Shown here in pieces: positions 24,448-34,619 of a DNA stretch of 50,037 bases (positions are counted from its first letter, which is position 1; each line of letters starts with the position of its first letter). Below the pieces are notes generated by a model that was not told the DNA's origin, did no database searches, and saw nothing but the letters and a program-made list of their open reading frames with translations. Origin of the DNA: Nemertoderma westbladi (Eukaryota > Animalia > Xenacoelomorpha); contig JAUCBJ010000218.1 in assembly GCA_032718475.1 (NCBI GenBank), positions 1-50,037 of the forward strand. The letters are read 5' to 3'. The translations under genes and the position numbers were made by a program.

Positions 24448-24963
24448 AATAAGAAATTGAACAACAAAATAGAAATAACCAATAAACAGTTTACCGGAAA
24501 AAACATTGCCAAATTTGAACTAGATAAAATTTCACAGCAAATTATAGGTCAAAGTTGCTTAAAACCAAACATGTTTATCTACAAAGGTGACGATTCAACT
24601 TTAATGCTATTTCCCAGCGGCGCAGTAACAATTGTAAGCCTTTGCAATAATTTAGCTAGTGAATTGCTTTATTTAAAACAAACTATCGGGATGCAATTAC
24701 AAAATTTGAAACTTAATACCGAAACACGAACTATTATTTTTCCAAGTGTTAATTTTAAATTATTAATGAAAAAATGTGGACATCATACAATTAATAATAA
24801 AGCAATATTTATTAGCTATACCCCCGAATTATTTTGTGCGATTAGAATATATATAGGATGTGCATATTTCAGTGTATTTCATAGTAATAAAATCGTTTCC
24901 ATGTGTCCAGCCGGTGAATTCCCTGAATCATTATCTATTTTACAAACTTTATTATTAAATTAG
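24448..24963 (+). CDS. Divergent TATA-binding-protein (TBP)-like protein, ~170 aa, no 5' ATG (possibly spliced)
   Basis: Two-repeat layout and size of the TBP core. STLMLFPSGAVTI resembles TTALIFSSGKMVC; ISYTPELFCAIRI..FSVFHSNKIV resembles SYEPELFPGLIY..LIFVSGKVV. Preceded by tttttctag. Confidence 0.65.
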   Translation, partial: NKKLNNKIEITNKQFTGKNIAKFELDKISQQIIGQSCLKPNMFIYKGDDSTLMLFPSGAVTIVSLCNNLASELLYLKQTIGMQLQNLKLNTETRTIIFPSVNFKLLMKKCGHHTINNKAIFISYTPELFCAIRIYIGCAYFSVFHSNKIVSMCPAGEFPESLSILQTLLLN

Positions 24964-27501
24964 TTTATTTACTATGGTATACATGAAAGTTTACTATATT
25001 ATTTATTTTGTGTTGGTTTTTATTTTTCCGTGAGTAGGGTTTGAATCCGTGACCATCCGTGTTACCTACTTTTTATAATTGCATTAGTAGGACTCGAACC
25101 CTGGTTTTTCCTATTTTGTGTTGGATTTATAATGGACGCGAGTAGGGATTGAACCCGTGACCTTCTGTTTTTCCTAATTTATGTTTAGTTTAGTTACTCT
25201 AGTTATTCTATGTTTACTTTTTATATTTTCATGATTAGGATTCAAACCCTGGTTTAACTTATTTCGTGTTGGATTTATAATGGTCGCGAGTAGGGATTGA
25301 ACCTATGACCTCCTGTTTATTTTCCATAAAACGGGATACGAGTAGGGATTGAGCCCGTGACCTTCTGTTTTTCCTATTTTATGTTTAGTTTAGGTACTCT
25401 AGTTATTCTATGTTTAACTTATTTTGTGTTGGTTTTATATTGGTCGCGAGTAGGGATTGAACCCGTGACCATCTGTTTATCCTATTTTGTGTTTACTTTT
25501 TATATTTTTCTATAAAACGGGATACGAGAAGGGGTCGAACATGTGACCACCTGTTTATCCTATTTTATGTTTAGTTTAGGTACTCTAGTTATTCTATGTT
25601 TAACTTATTTTGTGTTGGTTTTATATTGGTCGCGAGTAGGGATTGAACCCGTAACAATCTGTTTATCATATTTTGTGTTTAGTTTAGTTACTCTAGTTAT
25701 TCTATGTTTACTTTTTATATTTTCATGATTAGGATTCGAACCCTGGTTTAACTTATTTCGTGTTGGATTTATAATGGTCGCGAGTAGGGATTGAACCTAT
25801 GACCTCCTGTTTATTTTCCATAAAACGGGATACGAGTAGGGATTGAGCCCGTGACCTTCTGTTTTTCCTATTTTGTGTTTAGTTTAGGTACTCTAGTTAT
25901 TCTATGTTTACTTTTTATATTTTTTTCATAAAACGGACACGAGTAGGGATTGAACCTACAGTATGACCATCTGTTTATCCTATTTTATGTTTAGTTTAGT
26001 TACTCTATGTTAAAGTGAATTTTCACATTATATTTGTGTTAAATTATAAATTTATGTTACAATTATTATTTATATTATAAAAAACAGTTAAAGTAAATTT
26101 TCATATTATATTTATGTTAAATTATAAATTTATGTTACAATTATTATTTATATTATAAAAAACAGAAATATTCGAGTTATATTGCATTATATATTTTACA
26201 TTGAAGTGGATTACTTTAGATGTTGGGGGGATCTGGTTTGCGAGGGATATTTGAATGGTGAGTATAACTATCCTTGAGAGTTAGTGTGACGTTATCTCAC
26301 CATGGATGGGCTTTACCACTGTACTCGCATCTGCTCCCTCATTGGCTGCTCGATGCCTCAGATTAAGGGTCTAAGGCCTTCAAGCTGGTCATTTGCTTAG
26401 TTCTCTAATTGGCGGGATGTGAGTTTGGACCCTAGAAGAGCATTATTCTTTTTCCTAGCTCTTGGATAACTCTAGCATACACTCTAGCTTTGACTCTCCC
26501 GGCTATAGTTATAGTATGCAACCTTGGGAGTTAATGTGAGTACATATTTCAGTGTATTTCATAGTAATAAAATCGTTTCCATGTGTCCTACCGGTGAATT
26601 CCCCGGATCATTATCTATTTTACAAACTATATTATTAAATTAGTTTATTTACTATGGTATACATGAAAGTTTACTATATTATTTATTTTGTGTTGGTTTT
26701 TATTTTTCCCTGAGTAGGGTTTGAATCCGTGAGCATCCGTGTTACCTACTTTTTATAATTGCATTAGTAGGACTCGAACCCTGGTTTAACTTATTTTGGG
26801 TTGGTTTTATAATGGACGCGAGTAGGGATTGAACCCGTGACCTCCTGTTTATTTTCCATAAAACGGGATACGACTAGGGATCGAACCTGTGACCATCTGT
26901 TTATTCTATTTTGTGTTTAGTTTAGGTACTCTAGTTATTCTATGTTTAACTTATTTTGTGTTGGTTTTATATTGGTCGCGAGTAGGGATTGAACCCGTGA
27001 CCATCTGTTTATCCTATTTTGTGTTTAGTTTAGTTACTCTATGTTAAAGTGAATTTTCATATTATATTTATGTTAAATTATAAATTTATGCTACAATTAT
27101 TATTTATATTATAAAAACAGAAATATTCGAGTTATATTGCATTATATATTTTACATTGAAGTGGATTACTTTAGATGTTGGGGGGAATCTGGTTTGCGAG
27201 GGATATTTGAACGGTGAGTATAACTATCCTTGAGAGCTAGTGCAACGCTACCTCACTATGGATGGGCTTTACCACTGTACTCGCATCTGCTCTCTCATTG
27301 GCTGCTCGATGCCTCCGATTAAGGGTCTAAGGTCTTCAAGCTGGTCATTTGCTTAGTTCTCTAATTGGAGGGATGTGAGTTTGGACCCTAGAAGAGCATT
27401 ATTCTTTTTCCTAGCTCTTGGATAACTCTAGCATACACTCTAGCTTTGACTCTCCCGCCGGCTATAGTTATAGTATGCAACCTTGGGAGTTAATGTGAGT
27501 A
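24863..27501. repeat. Tandem segmental duplication (24863-26542; shorter copy 26543-27501) containing B-box-like repeat arrays
   Basis: The last ~100 bp of the TBP-like ORF recur at 26543. Block ~26000-26542 recurs at ~27030-27501. gagtagggattgaacccgtgacc variants occur throughout. Confidence 0.9.
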
Positions 27502-29436
27502 AAGACCAAGAGATTAGACTTCAGGCTCCCTCTATTGGTTCATTCTTCTTAACTTTATAAAATAACTCAACCCGTATTTAAAGTTTTAAAAATTATGACT
27601 TAGTCGACTAATTTTCCAAAGTATATTATAAAAACATATAATTTCTTGAATAAATAGACCTAATAGTAATAAATAATGTGGGGGTAAATACATTTATAAT
27701 TCTAATATAATTATTAAGGATAAATAGTCCTAATACTAATATAATTATGTAATAGTAAGCAAAATTTTTATGCGCAACCATCAGAGATTATTTGGATATA
27801 AAAGATCACACAGCAGGAGGCTAACTTGCTGGGATCGACAAAGGCTTTGTGTGCGGTGTGTCGCTATGTCTTATATCGGGTGGATGAGAGAGCCCCCTCC
27901 GGCGCAACATTGTGAACATGGGCTATATTGCTAGAGAGAGAACTACATATAAGACCATGGCCGGCCCTCATGCAAATTTAGCGGCGCCAAGGCTAACGGG
28001 GCACCTCGAAGACAGTCTGGCTATAGTAGAGTAGAATGGATATACGAGTCCATAGCTAAAATATATCTGCCATGGAGCCTTCGCGTAGCACTATGCTCAC
28101 CAAATATATTTATAATTCTCTATCCGCGAAATTTTCAGAAATTTTAAATTTTTGCCGTCGCTTCGCGGAAAAAATAAAAAGTAAACACAAAATAGGATAT
28201 ACAGATTCTCACAGATTCGATTCCCTATCCCCGACCAGGGTCATTATGACCCTCCCCGGTGTTTGTACAACATTTTATAGCCCGGTAGTATTATGATTAA
28301 AGCTACTAATCTAAAACATAACAAGTGCAATTATCCTATCTGTTCCAACTCAGTCTCACTACTTTAGATAATATACTATAATAATAGTAATAGCAGCTGC
28401 TTTTAATTTCGCGATGAAATATTGTCAGCAAACGAAATATAGCGAATACATCATAGATAGAATTTTAAATTTTGCAGTCGCATGGAGTGATAACCCTTAG
28501 GTGAAAGCTAAATTTGCTCTACTTTAATCAAATGGGGCATTAAAGCTATGAGTATATTTTCCTCTACATCCTCCCTCGATCTTACGCAAATCTGGGTAAA
28601 AGGCAGTTGAAGGGCTATCATTCCCATCATATGCGGTCCTCCCTTTAATGTTTCATTGTTCTATTCATAGTCGCCTTTAAGAATTTCTCGGGAAAATAAG
28701 GATGAGGGGCTATCACTATCAACCCATGCGGCCCTCCCTTTCATGATTTCATTGAACTATCCATAGTACGAACAATCAAACCAAAGCCTTTGAATATCCT
28801 CGCGGCTTATCAGCGGCGCCATGGCTAACGGCTTAATATTAACAGTGAAGCATCTAAAAGACAGAGTGTCTATGATAGGGCAGAACAGTATACTTACAGC
28901 CTAGAGGTGGTCGCCCTGAAAACTTTGCTCGCCATCAATACATACAAAGCATCGCTTGATGGAAAGAGTAATAGGGTGGATATTTTCATTTTGGTGAATA
29001 TAATTTATAGCATTAATCACAAAAACGCTAAATAATGTATTTTAAATAAATTCAACTCTGATAAACAACTTGCATATCGAGTTTGTAAAGAATTCATAGG
29101 GATTGGCTGTTTATTTAGGGGTTAACATTCAAATTGATTACGAAGAAGCAGTAGGGGTCATTAATGGTATGCTGAGACTCACTTATTTCATGGCTCGCTC
29201 TCATAGTATAGATTAACTAGTAGAGAAAAATGAAAAATAAGTGGTTAAACATCTTATATTTTTTAAACATTATGGGGAAACAAGAATAAATAATTTACCG
29301 ACAACATCAATATTAAATAATATAACAACAACAGATAAATAATTTACCAACAACATTAATAATAAATAATATAAGAACATCAACAATAACAAAAGATATA
29401 GTCAGAACAGTTTTCAATAAATAGAGACTGTTTATA

Positions 29437-31146
29437 TTAATAGGGTTGCTGGCCTCCGAGAATAACTGGTTTAACCCTTTTAGGGTCCGATACTATTAAT
29501 GGTTGAGATAATTTTCTCTTTAATAGATTGTTGAGATAGCCTTTTCTTGGGGGGTGAAATAGATTAAGGTGTGTTTGCTGTGGGAGAAAGATGCCTTCTC
29601 TGAGAGAACGTTTTAGTAATTCGAAAAGGCGCGCGATGGTAAAGTCGTTGGACAGGGTGATAGTGTTGGTATTTTTCGTATTGGTGAATATAATTTCTGT
29701 TGGTTTGTTCTCGATATGAATGTAAGGACTGAGATAGTAGTGAGAGTTGGGTGGGTTGGTTATATTTATCGTGAGAAAATCGCTGCCCCTAATATTGAGA
29801 CCGTTGATGAACTGAAAAGTGGTATTCTCTTCGTCTTTCATTAAAATGGGCCAGATACCAACATATTTTTCGGATTTGAACTTATAGATAAAGGCTGCGA
29901 TACTGCTATTTATGAGATAGCGCTGGTGATTGGGGATCGTAATCTGCTTCGGTTTGAAAGCAAATTGTATAGCCATAGCCTTGAATCTGATTAGAGCCTC
30001 GCGCGCTTGAATCGTGTTAGCTATAGTAAAGGATTCGTTAAATTTTCTCTCGGTTATCTGTAAATCAATTTCTGAATCACTGATACAACTTTGTATCGAT
30101 ATTCGCTCGGAAATGTTGTCTTTGTATACGTTAAGTTCATCGTAGCAGACACATTCACTATCCTCGATGGTTGAATCGAACCATTTCAATTCGCCGACCT
30201 CGGTTGGTGTAAGAAGAATCATGCCCCTAGAAGAAACAATAGCCTTTCCATCGTCAACCTCGTAGCCATTGGTGATCGCTAAATTGCGCTCGTTCCGAAT
30301 ATTTGTAACAAACCCAAAAGTGCAATAGTCAAAAGCAACCCAATTTCCCGGTTTTAGGACAAGGTGAGTAGTAGGATTAATAAAAGGGCGACAGATGTTT
30401 ACATATTGTTGAAATAAATTGGCGCAGGTGACGGAAAATGTGATCCATGAACTGTTTACAGTGTCTTCCAGCTTTATTAACTCGAGTGGATTCACTGGGT
30501 TAATACTTCCATAGGTGCCAACTCTATAATTGATTCCAAAGTAATAGGAGACTTTATTGGCAAAAAAGCATGTGAGCTCATTCAATTTCTCGCCGAAAGT
30601 GAGAACATCCTTATCGAAAAGTTTAAAGAAACGAGTCTCCTCTTCCTCGGTCGGAGTCGACGAGTTCCAGATGAGAAGAAGAATCGAGTTTGCGATACTA
30701 TGAAAATCAAATAAGCGATCATCGGAGAAGAAGGAGGTTACGAGAGTGGTTAAACCCAGTAGACGATTTGCCACATCTTGGTTGATGTTTTCTCGAATAA
30801 AATCGACTATACTAGTTGGAATCGTAAACGTTTCGGGCGAAGTAGTTAGATTGAACGTTATTTTGTTGTCCCTTTTTAAAAGTTTGAAACCGTGGTTGGA
30901 GGAATGAAGTTTGTTATCATCGAGGGTTTGATATTGTCCATCGTGAAGTTCGTAGCAGGCGCGGAAAATAAAGTGCGCGTAGTTTGCCGGAATCGGGATG
31001 GGTTGGTTTAAGGTTGTATTTATCGTTAACGGGAAGAGTTTGTTCGCCGGATCGAAATATAGACCAAACGAGTTGTCTTGTAGCATAAACTGATTTTCGT
31101 TGCAAACCAGATCGTTGATTGAATAGCTGATTTCTGAATGTGCCAT
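29437..31146 (-). CDS. Uncharacterised 569-aa protein, possible divergent PC4-like ssDNA-binding repeats, basic NLS-like C-terminus
   Basis: Intact ATG-initiated ORF convergent with polB; non-repetitive protein-like composition; KRK..PKRVK at the C-terminus. The PC4 resemblance is by eye only. Confidence 0.75.
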   Translation of the reverse strand: MAHSEISYSINDLVCNENQFMLQDNSFGLYFDPANKLFPLTINTTLNQPIPIPANYAHFIFRACYELHDGQYQTLDDNKLHSSNHGFKLLKRDNKITFNLTTSPETFTIPTSIVDFIRENINQDVANRLLGLTTLVTSFFSDDRLFDFHSIANSILLLIWNSSTPTEEEETRFFKLFDKDVLTFGEKLNELTCFFANKVSYYFGINYRVGTYGSINPVNPLELIKLEDTVNSSWITFSVTCANLFQQYVNICRPFINPTTHLVLKPGNWVAFDYCTFGFVTNIRNERNLAITNGYEVDDGKAIVSSRGMILLTPTEVGELKWFDSTIEDSECVCYDELNVYKDNISERISIQSCISDSEIDLQITERKFNESFTIANTIQAREALIRFKAMAIQFAFKPKQITIPNHQRYLINSSIAAFIYKFKSEKYVGIWPILMKDEENTTFQFINGLNIRGSDFLTINITNPPNSHYYLSPYIHIENKPTEIIFTNTKNTNTITLSNDFTIARLFELLKRSLREGIFLPQQTHLNLFHPPRKGYLNNLLKRKLSQPLIVSDPKRVKPVILGGQQPY

Positions 31147-31259
31147 TGTGATTGTGTACCGGTAACTCGTTTAGGAAATAAAAATAAATAAATACTTTTA
31201 CGAAAATAATTAAAACTTTTCAGGAAAACAAAGAGACAATGATTGGGAATGTGGTGAAC

Positions 31260-31395
31260 GGGGGCTATTATAGAGGGGGCTAGAATGGGTTAGCCAATCA
31301 GGGAACAGGAGGGAGAAAAGACTGTATAATTAAACCAATCAGAGAGCAGCTTTGATGACGTCACATCAGGCGAGATAATGATTGCCCAATGTTAT
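31260..31395 (-). promoter_or_regulatory. Putative promoter of the 569-aa ORF
   Basis: CCAAT boxes at ~31294, ~31335 and ~31386; perfect CRE TGACGTCA at 31356-31363; TATAAT-like site at ~31267-31272, ~120 bp upstream of the ATG. Confidence 0.5.
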
Positions 31396-31500
31396 TCAAT
31401 GGTAGGCAGAGTGGCGCCATTGAATAACGAAGACAAAGGGGCCGCGAGAGGAAAGATTATAAAGTTAACGATAAGGGATCTATAAACCATAGAGCTAAAA

Positions 31501-32492
31501 ATAGACATTATGTCATAGTGATCTCATTGGTAATATAAAAACTAATTAATCTAAAATAGAAATCAATGTATAAAGTAAAAGTTAATACAATTAATTAATT
31601 TAAAATAAAGTACAAATGAATAATTAATTTAAAATTAAATACGAATAAATAGAATAGAATACAAATAATTAATTAAAATTAAATAAAAATAAATAGGTAT
31701 TAATGAATAAAAGAAACATACCGGTATTACAACTATCGGTGGGTGTAACATACCGGTATTACAACTACCGGTAGGTGTAACAGAGGGGGCGGGGCGCTTG
31801 GATACAACTATTATTAATAGGCTGTTGCTTGGTTAAAGCTAATTGGGGGTCAAAGGTCAAAGGTCAACGATAAAGCTGTCTGGAGTAATTAGTTACCAGT
31901 AGGGGAGCTGTATACCCTAGGGCTAAATAAGGCTGCAAGTCTATGGTTAGATGCTTCCAATAATGATCTCATTTAGTAGCGGTAAGTAATATAAAAACTA
32001 ATTAATCTAAAAATAGAAATCAATGTATAAAGTAAAAGTAATACAATTAATTAATTTAAAATAAAGTACAAATGAATAATTAATTTAAAATTAAATATGA
32101 ATAAATAAAGGTAAATAAAATATAGATAATTAATTAAAATTAAATATAAATAAATAACAGAGCTGTGGTGTCACTTATGACACCCTCTTGAGCCGGCTCT
32201 GCGACAGTTGGACAACACTGATGACCCATTGTGTGTCAGGGCGCTAATCAGTCTGATTAATTAGGATAATCAATTAAACCCTAATAGGACACATGTTAGG
32301 GTTTAATTGTACTAATTAATTGATGACACCTGTCAATTAGGGTCTAATTAGCCTAATTGGGAGGTGTCACCCAGACAGTCTGGCGCCAATGACACCCAAT
32401 GACACCCATAGGGTGATAATTGGGTGTCATATGACACCCAATGGGTGTCAGTTGGGTCCAACTGTCGCAGAGCCGGCCAAGACCCTACTACT
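31501..32492 (-). repeat. Right terminal inverted repeat (~990 bp)
   Basis: atagacattatgtcatagtgatctcattgg...gccggccaagaccctactact mirrors the left end. Confidence 0.95.
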
Positions 32493-32498
32493 CACGTA

Positions 32499-33689
32499 GT
32501 ATCTTTAGACCTAACATCAGCATTCGACTGCATCAACCATGAAATCCTGTTCGACAAATTGTCCAAGACCAACCTGTCTCCTAGTTTAATTATCCTAATA
32601 CAATCATACTATGATAAGTCCACTGCTATTGTACAGATCGGCAACTATAGACATAAGGAAGCTATAGCATTATCCCGAGGGGTACGTCAAGGTGGAATAT
32701 TATCAGCCTGGATGTTCAATTTTTTCTTGACAGACTTATTTACCACTTTAGAAACAGAACACCTAGGTCCACATATAGGATCCCAGGCATACCCGGCAAT
32801 CGGGTTTGCAGACGACATTCTCTTAATGGCAAACCTGAAAACAGACATTCAGAGAATAATGCAAATCTGCGTTAACTTTTTCCAAGACACACAGCTAACA
32901 CTGAACACCAGAAAATGCCATTATATAGTTTGCACTCCATCAGGAAAAAATACACTTGAATCACTCCAGATAGAATCTGGAAAATATATTATTCAAGAAG
33001 AAAAATTATCATACCTTGGCCTACCATTGCCATCTACAGGGAGAAACCTACACAATCATCTAACCAAGAAATGCTGGATCAACGTGTCAAAAGCAAAGCT
33101 CAGAGGATTATCTGCCCATGATGTACCACTGAACATTTCTTCTTTCATCTGGAAAACCATCTGTTTACCATCTATAATGTACGGTGCCTCAAATCTTGAC
33201 AAGCATTTCTTTGAACAAATGAAAATTACACTTCAGAAGGCAATGAGATCACTCCTTGGCGTTGGAAGCTATATACCGAACAACGTCCTAATGGACCTTT
33301 ATGACAGCCAATCTTTTGAACAAATGATGACCTTTTCAAAATGCTGCGCAATCTATAACCTGTTCAACTGCAACAACGATAAAGTTACACATCTGTTTAC
33401 AACCATTTTAACACATCATGTCGCAAAAACCTATCATGATAATCTGATGGATGATTACAACCTTTTATCGTGGCAAGAAGGTCTCCCGACACTCACTAGT
33501 ATTGCTACCTCACAATACTGTGTGAAGAAGGTGTTAAAAGGAGCAAAGGTCAGAACTAAAGCTGGAAACATCCCCCTAACCTTCAAAGAAAAGTTTCATA
33601 GCTCTTATTTCCGATCAATCCTAAACAACTGCAATAATGACCATACATCCAAACATACTACAATATTATCGTTCTTTGGGCTAGACTAA
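32499..33689 (+). pseudogene. 3' half of the same LINE ORF2 (RT core to C-terminus)
   Basis: VSLDLTSAFD, GVRQGGILS, FADD, YLG. In frame with the 5' half once the insert and one TSD copy are removed. (AT)n tail at ~33775-33789. Confidence 0.9.
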
Positions 33690-34619
33690 ACCTACACATC
33701 AAACTTTTACAGACTGATTTAGACACCGTTTCTAACCATAAAGTCTTCTTTTTATCATATAATCTATGAGATTAATATATATATATATACTGTTAATGAT
33801 ATTGTTATTATTATTTTATATTTGGTATATTGGTATAGATATATACTGTACAACAGTTTGTGCATCTAGCATCCATCATAACATACAGTACATGTATGCG
33901 TGCTTGTTACATATTTTATTTATTTTCTGATACAATTTAATCGAATTATAAATATTTTTATTAAGCCTCAATTTTTCTTGTTACTAACTATTACAGTTAC
34001 TATTTGATTCTTATTTAGATTAATTACCATAAAAAATAACTAAGTGACTGATATTTTATGACACTATTTTCGACTCTAATTGTAATGATCGTAATATGAT
34101 CGTTAATTTTTGTTTAAAAAGTATATATAATCATTTATTTAGTTGAACGTTATTATATAACGCGCTCTATGATTTTATTACACTATCGCTCTATATATTA
34201 TAAATTGCTTAATTTTTTACATTTGTGCAATAATTTACCTGTACACTATCCTATTTTGTTTACAAGTGACGGGGTTTTCATATATTCGTTAATAAATAGA
34301 TACGCGATAATAATAGATATTGTATAGTAATGGAACGTTATGGCATATAATATGGTAATCTATATTAATCTTAAAGTCATGATTTGGCATCTTCCTTAAA
34401 TATTTTTAATTCATATACTACCCTCTGTCACATATTGTTTCTTCTTTTAACCAGTGCACGAACATTTTATTTTGCGATTAAGTGAATATAGCCACCGGGG
34501 CGTAAGCCGGGAATTTAATAGCATGTAACTATATCATAAAAAGTCAAAATCAGAAGACAGAATGAGTGATTTCAACGGACAAGAAAAATTATTGTTCTAA
34601 ATTTTATGGTGTAGCTAGT

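Larger units (their letters stand above)
17147..32492. mobile_element. Polinton/Maverick-like element, 15,346 bp, no recognisable integrase or morphogenesis genes
   Basis: Starts AGTAGTAGGG, ends CCCTACTACT. TSD CACGTA at 17141-17146 and 32493-32498. Long TIRs and a pPolB gene. Confidence 0.95.

Noticed and set aside
25030-27005. B-box array as a CRISPR or as tRNA genes
   Set aside because: The linkers are themselves repeated rather than unique; no D-arm or acceptor-stem pairing for a cloverleaf.
27500-29430. Possible decayed integrase/ATPase/capsid genes
   Set aside because: No long ORF or recognisable DDE, Walker or protease motif by eye, only short diverged repeats. Remote remnants cannot be excluded without a translated search.
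32424-32498. N-terminus of the 421-aa ORF (and C-terminal SSRVLAG... of the 411-aa ORF)
   Set aside because: Read-through into the Polinton TIRs, not LINE protein.
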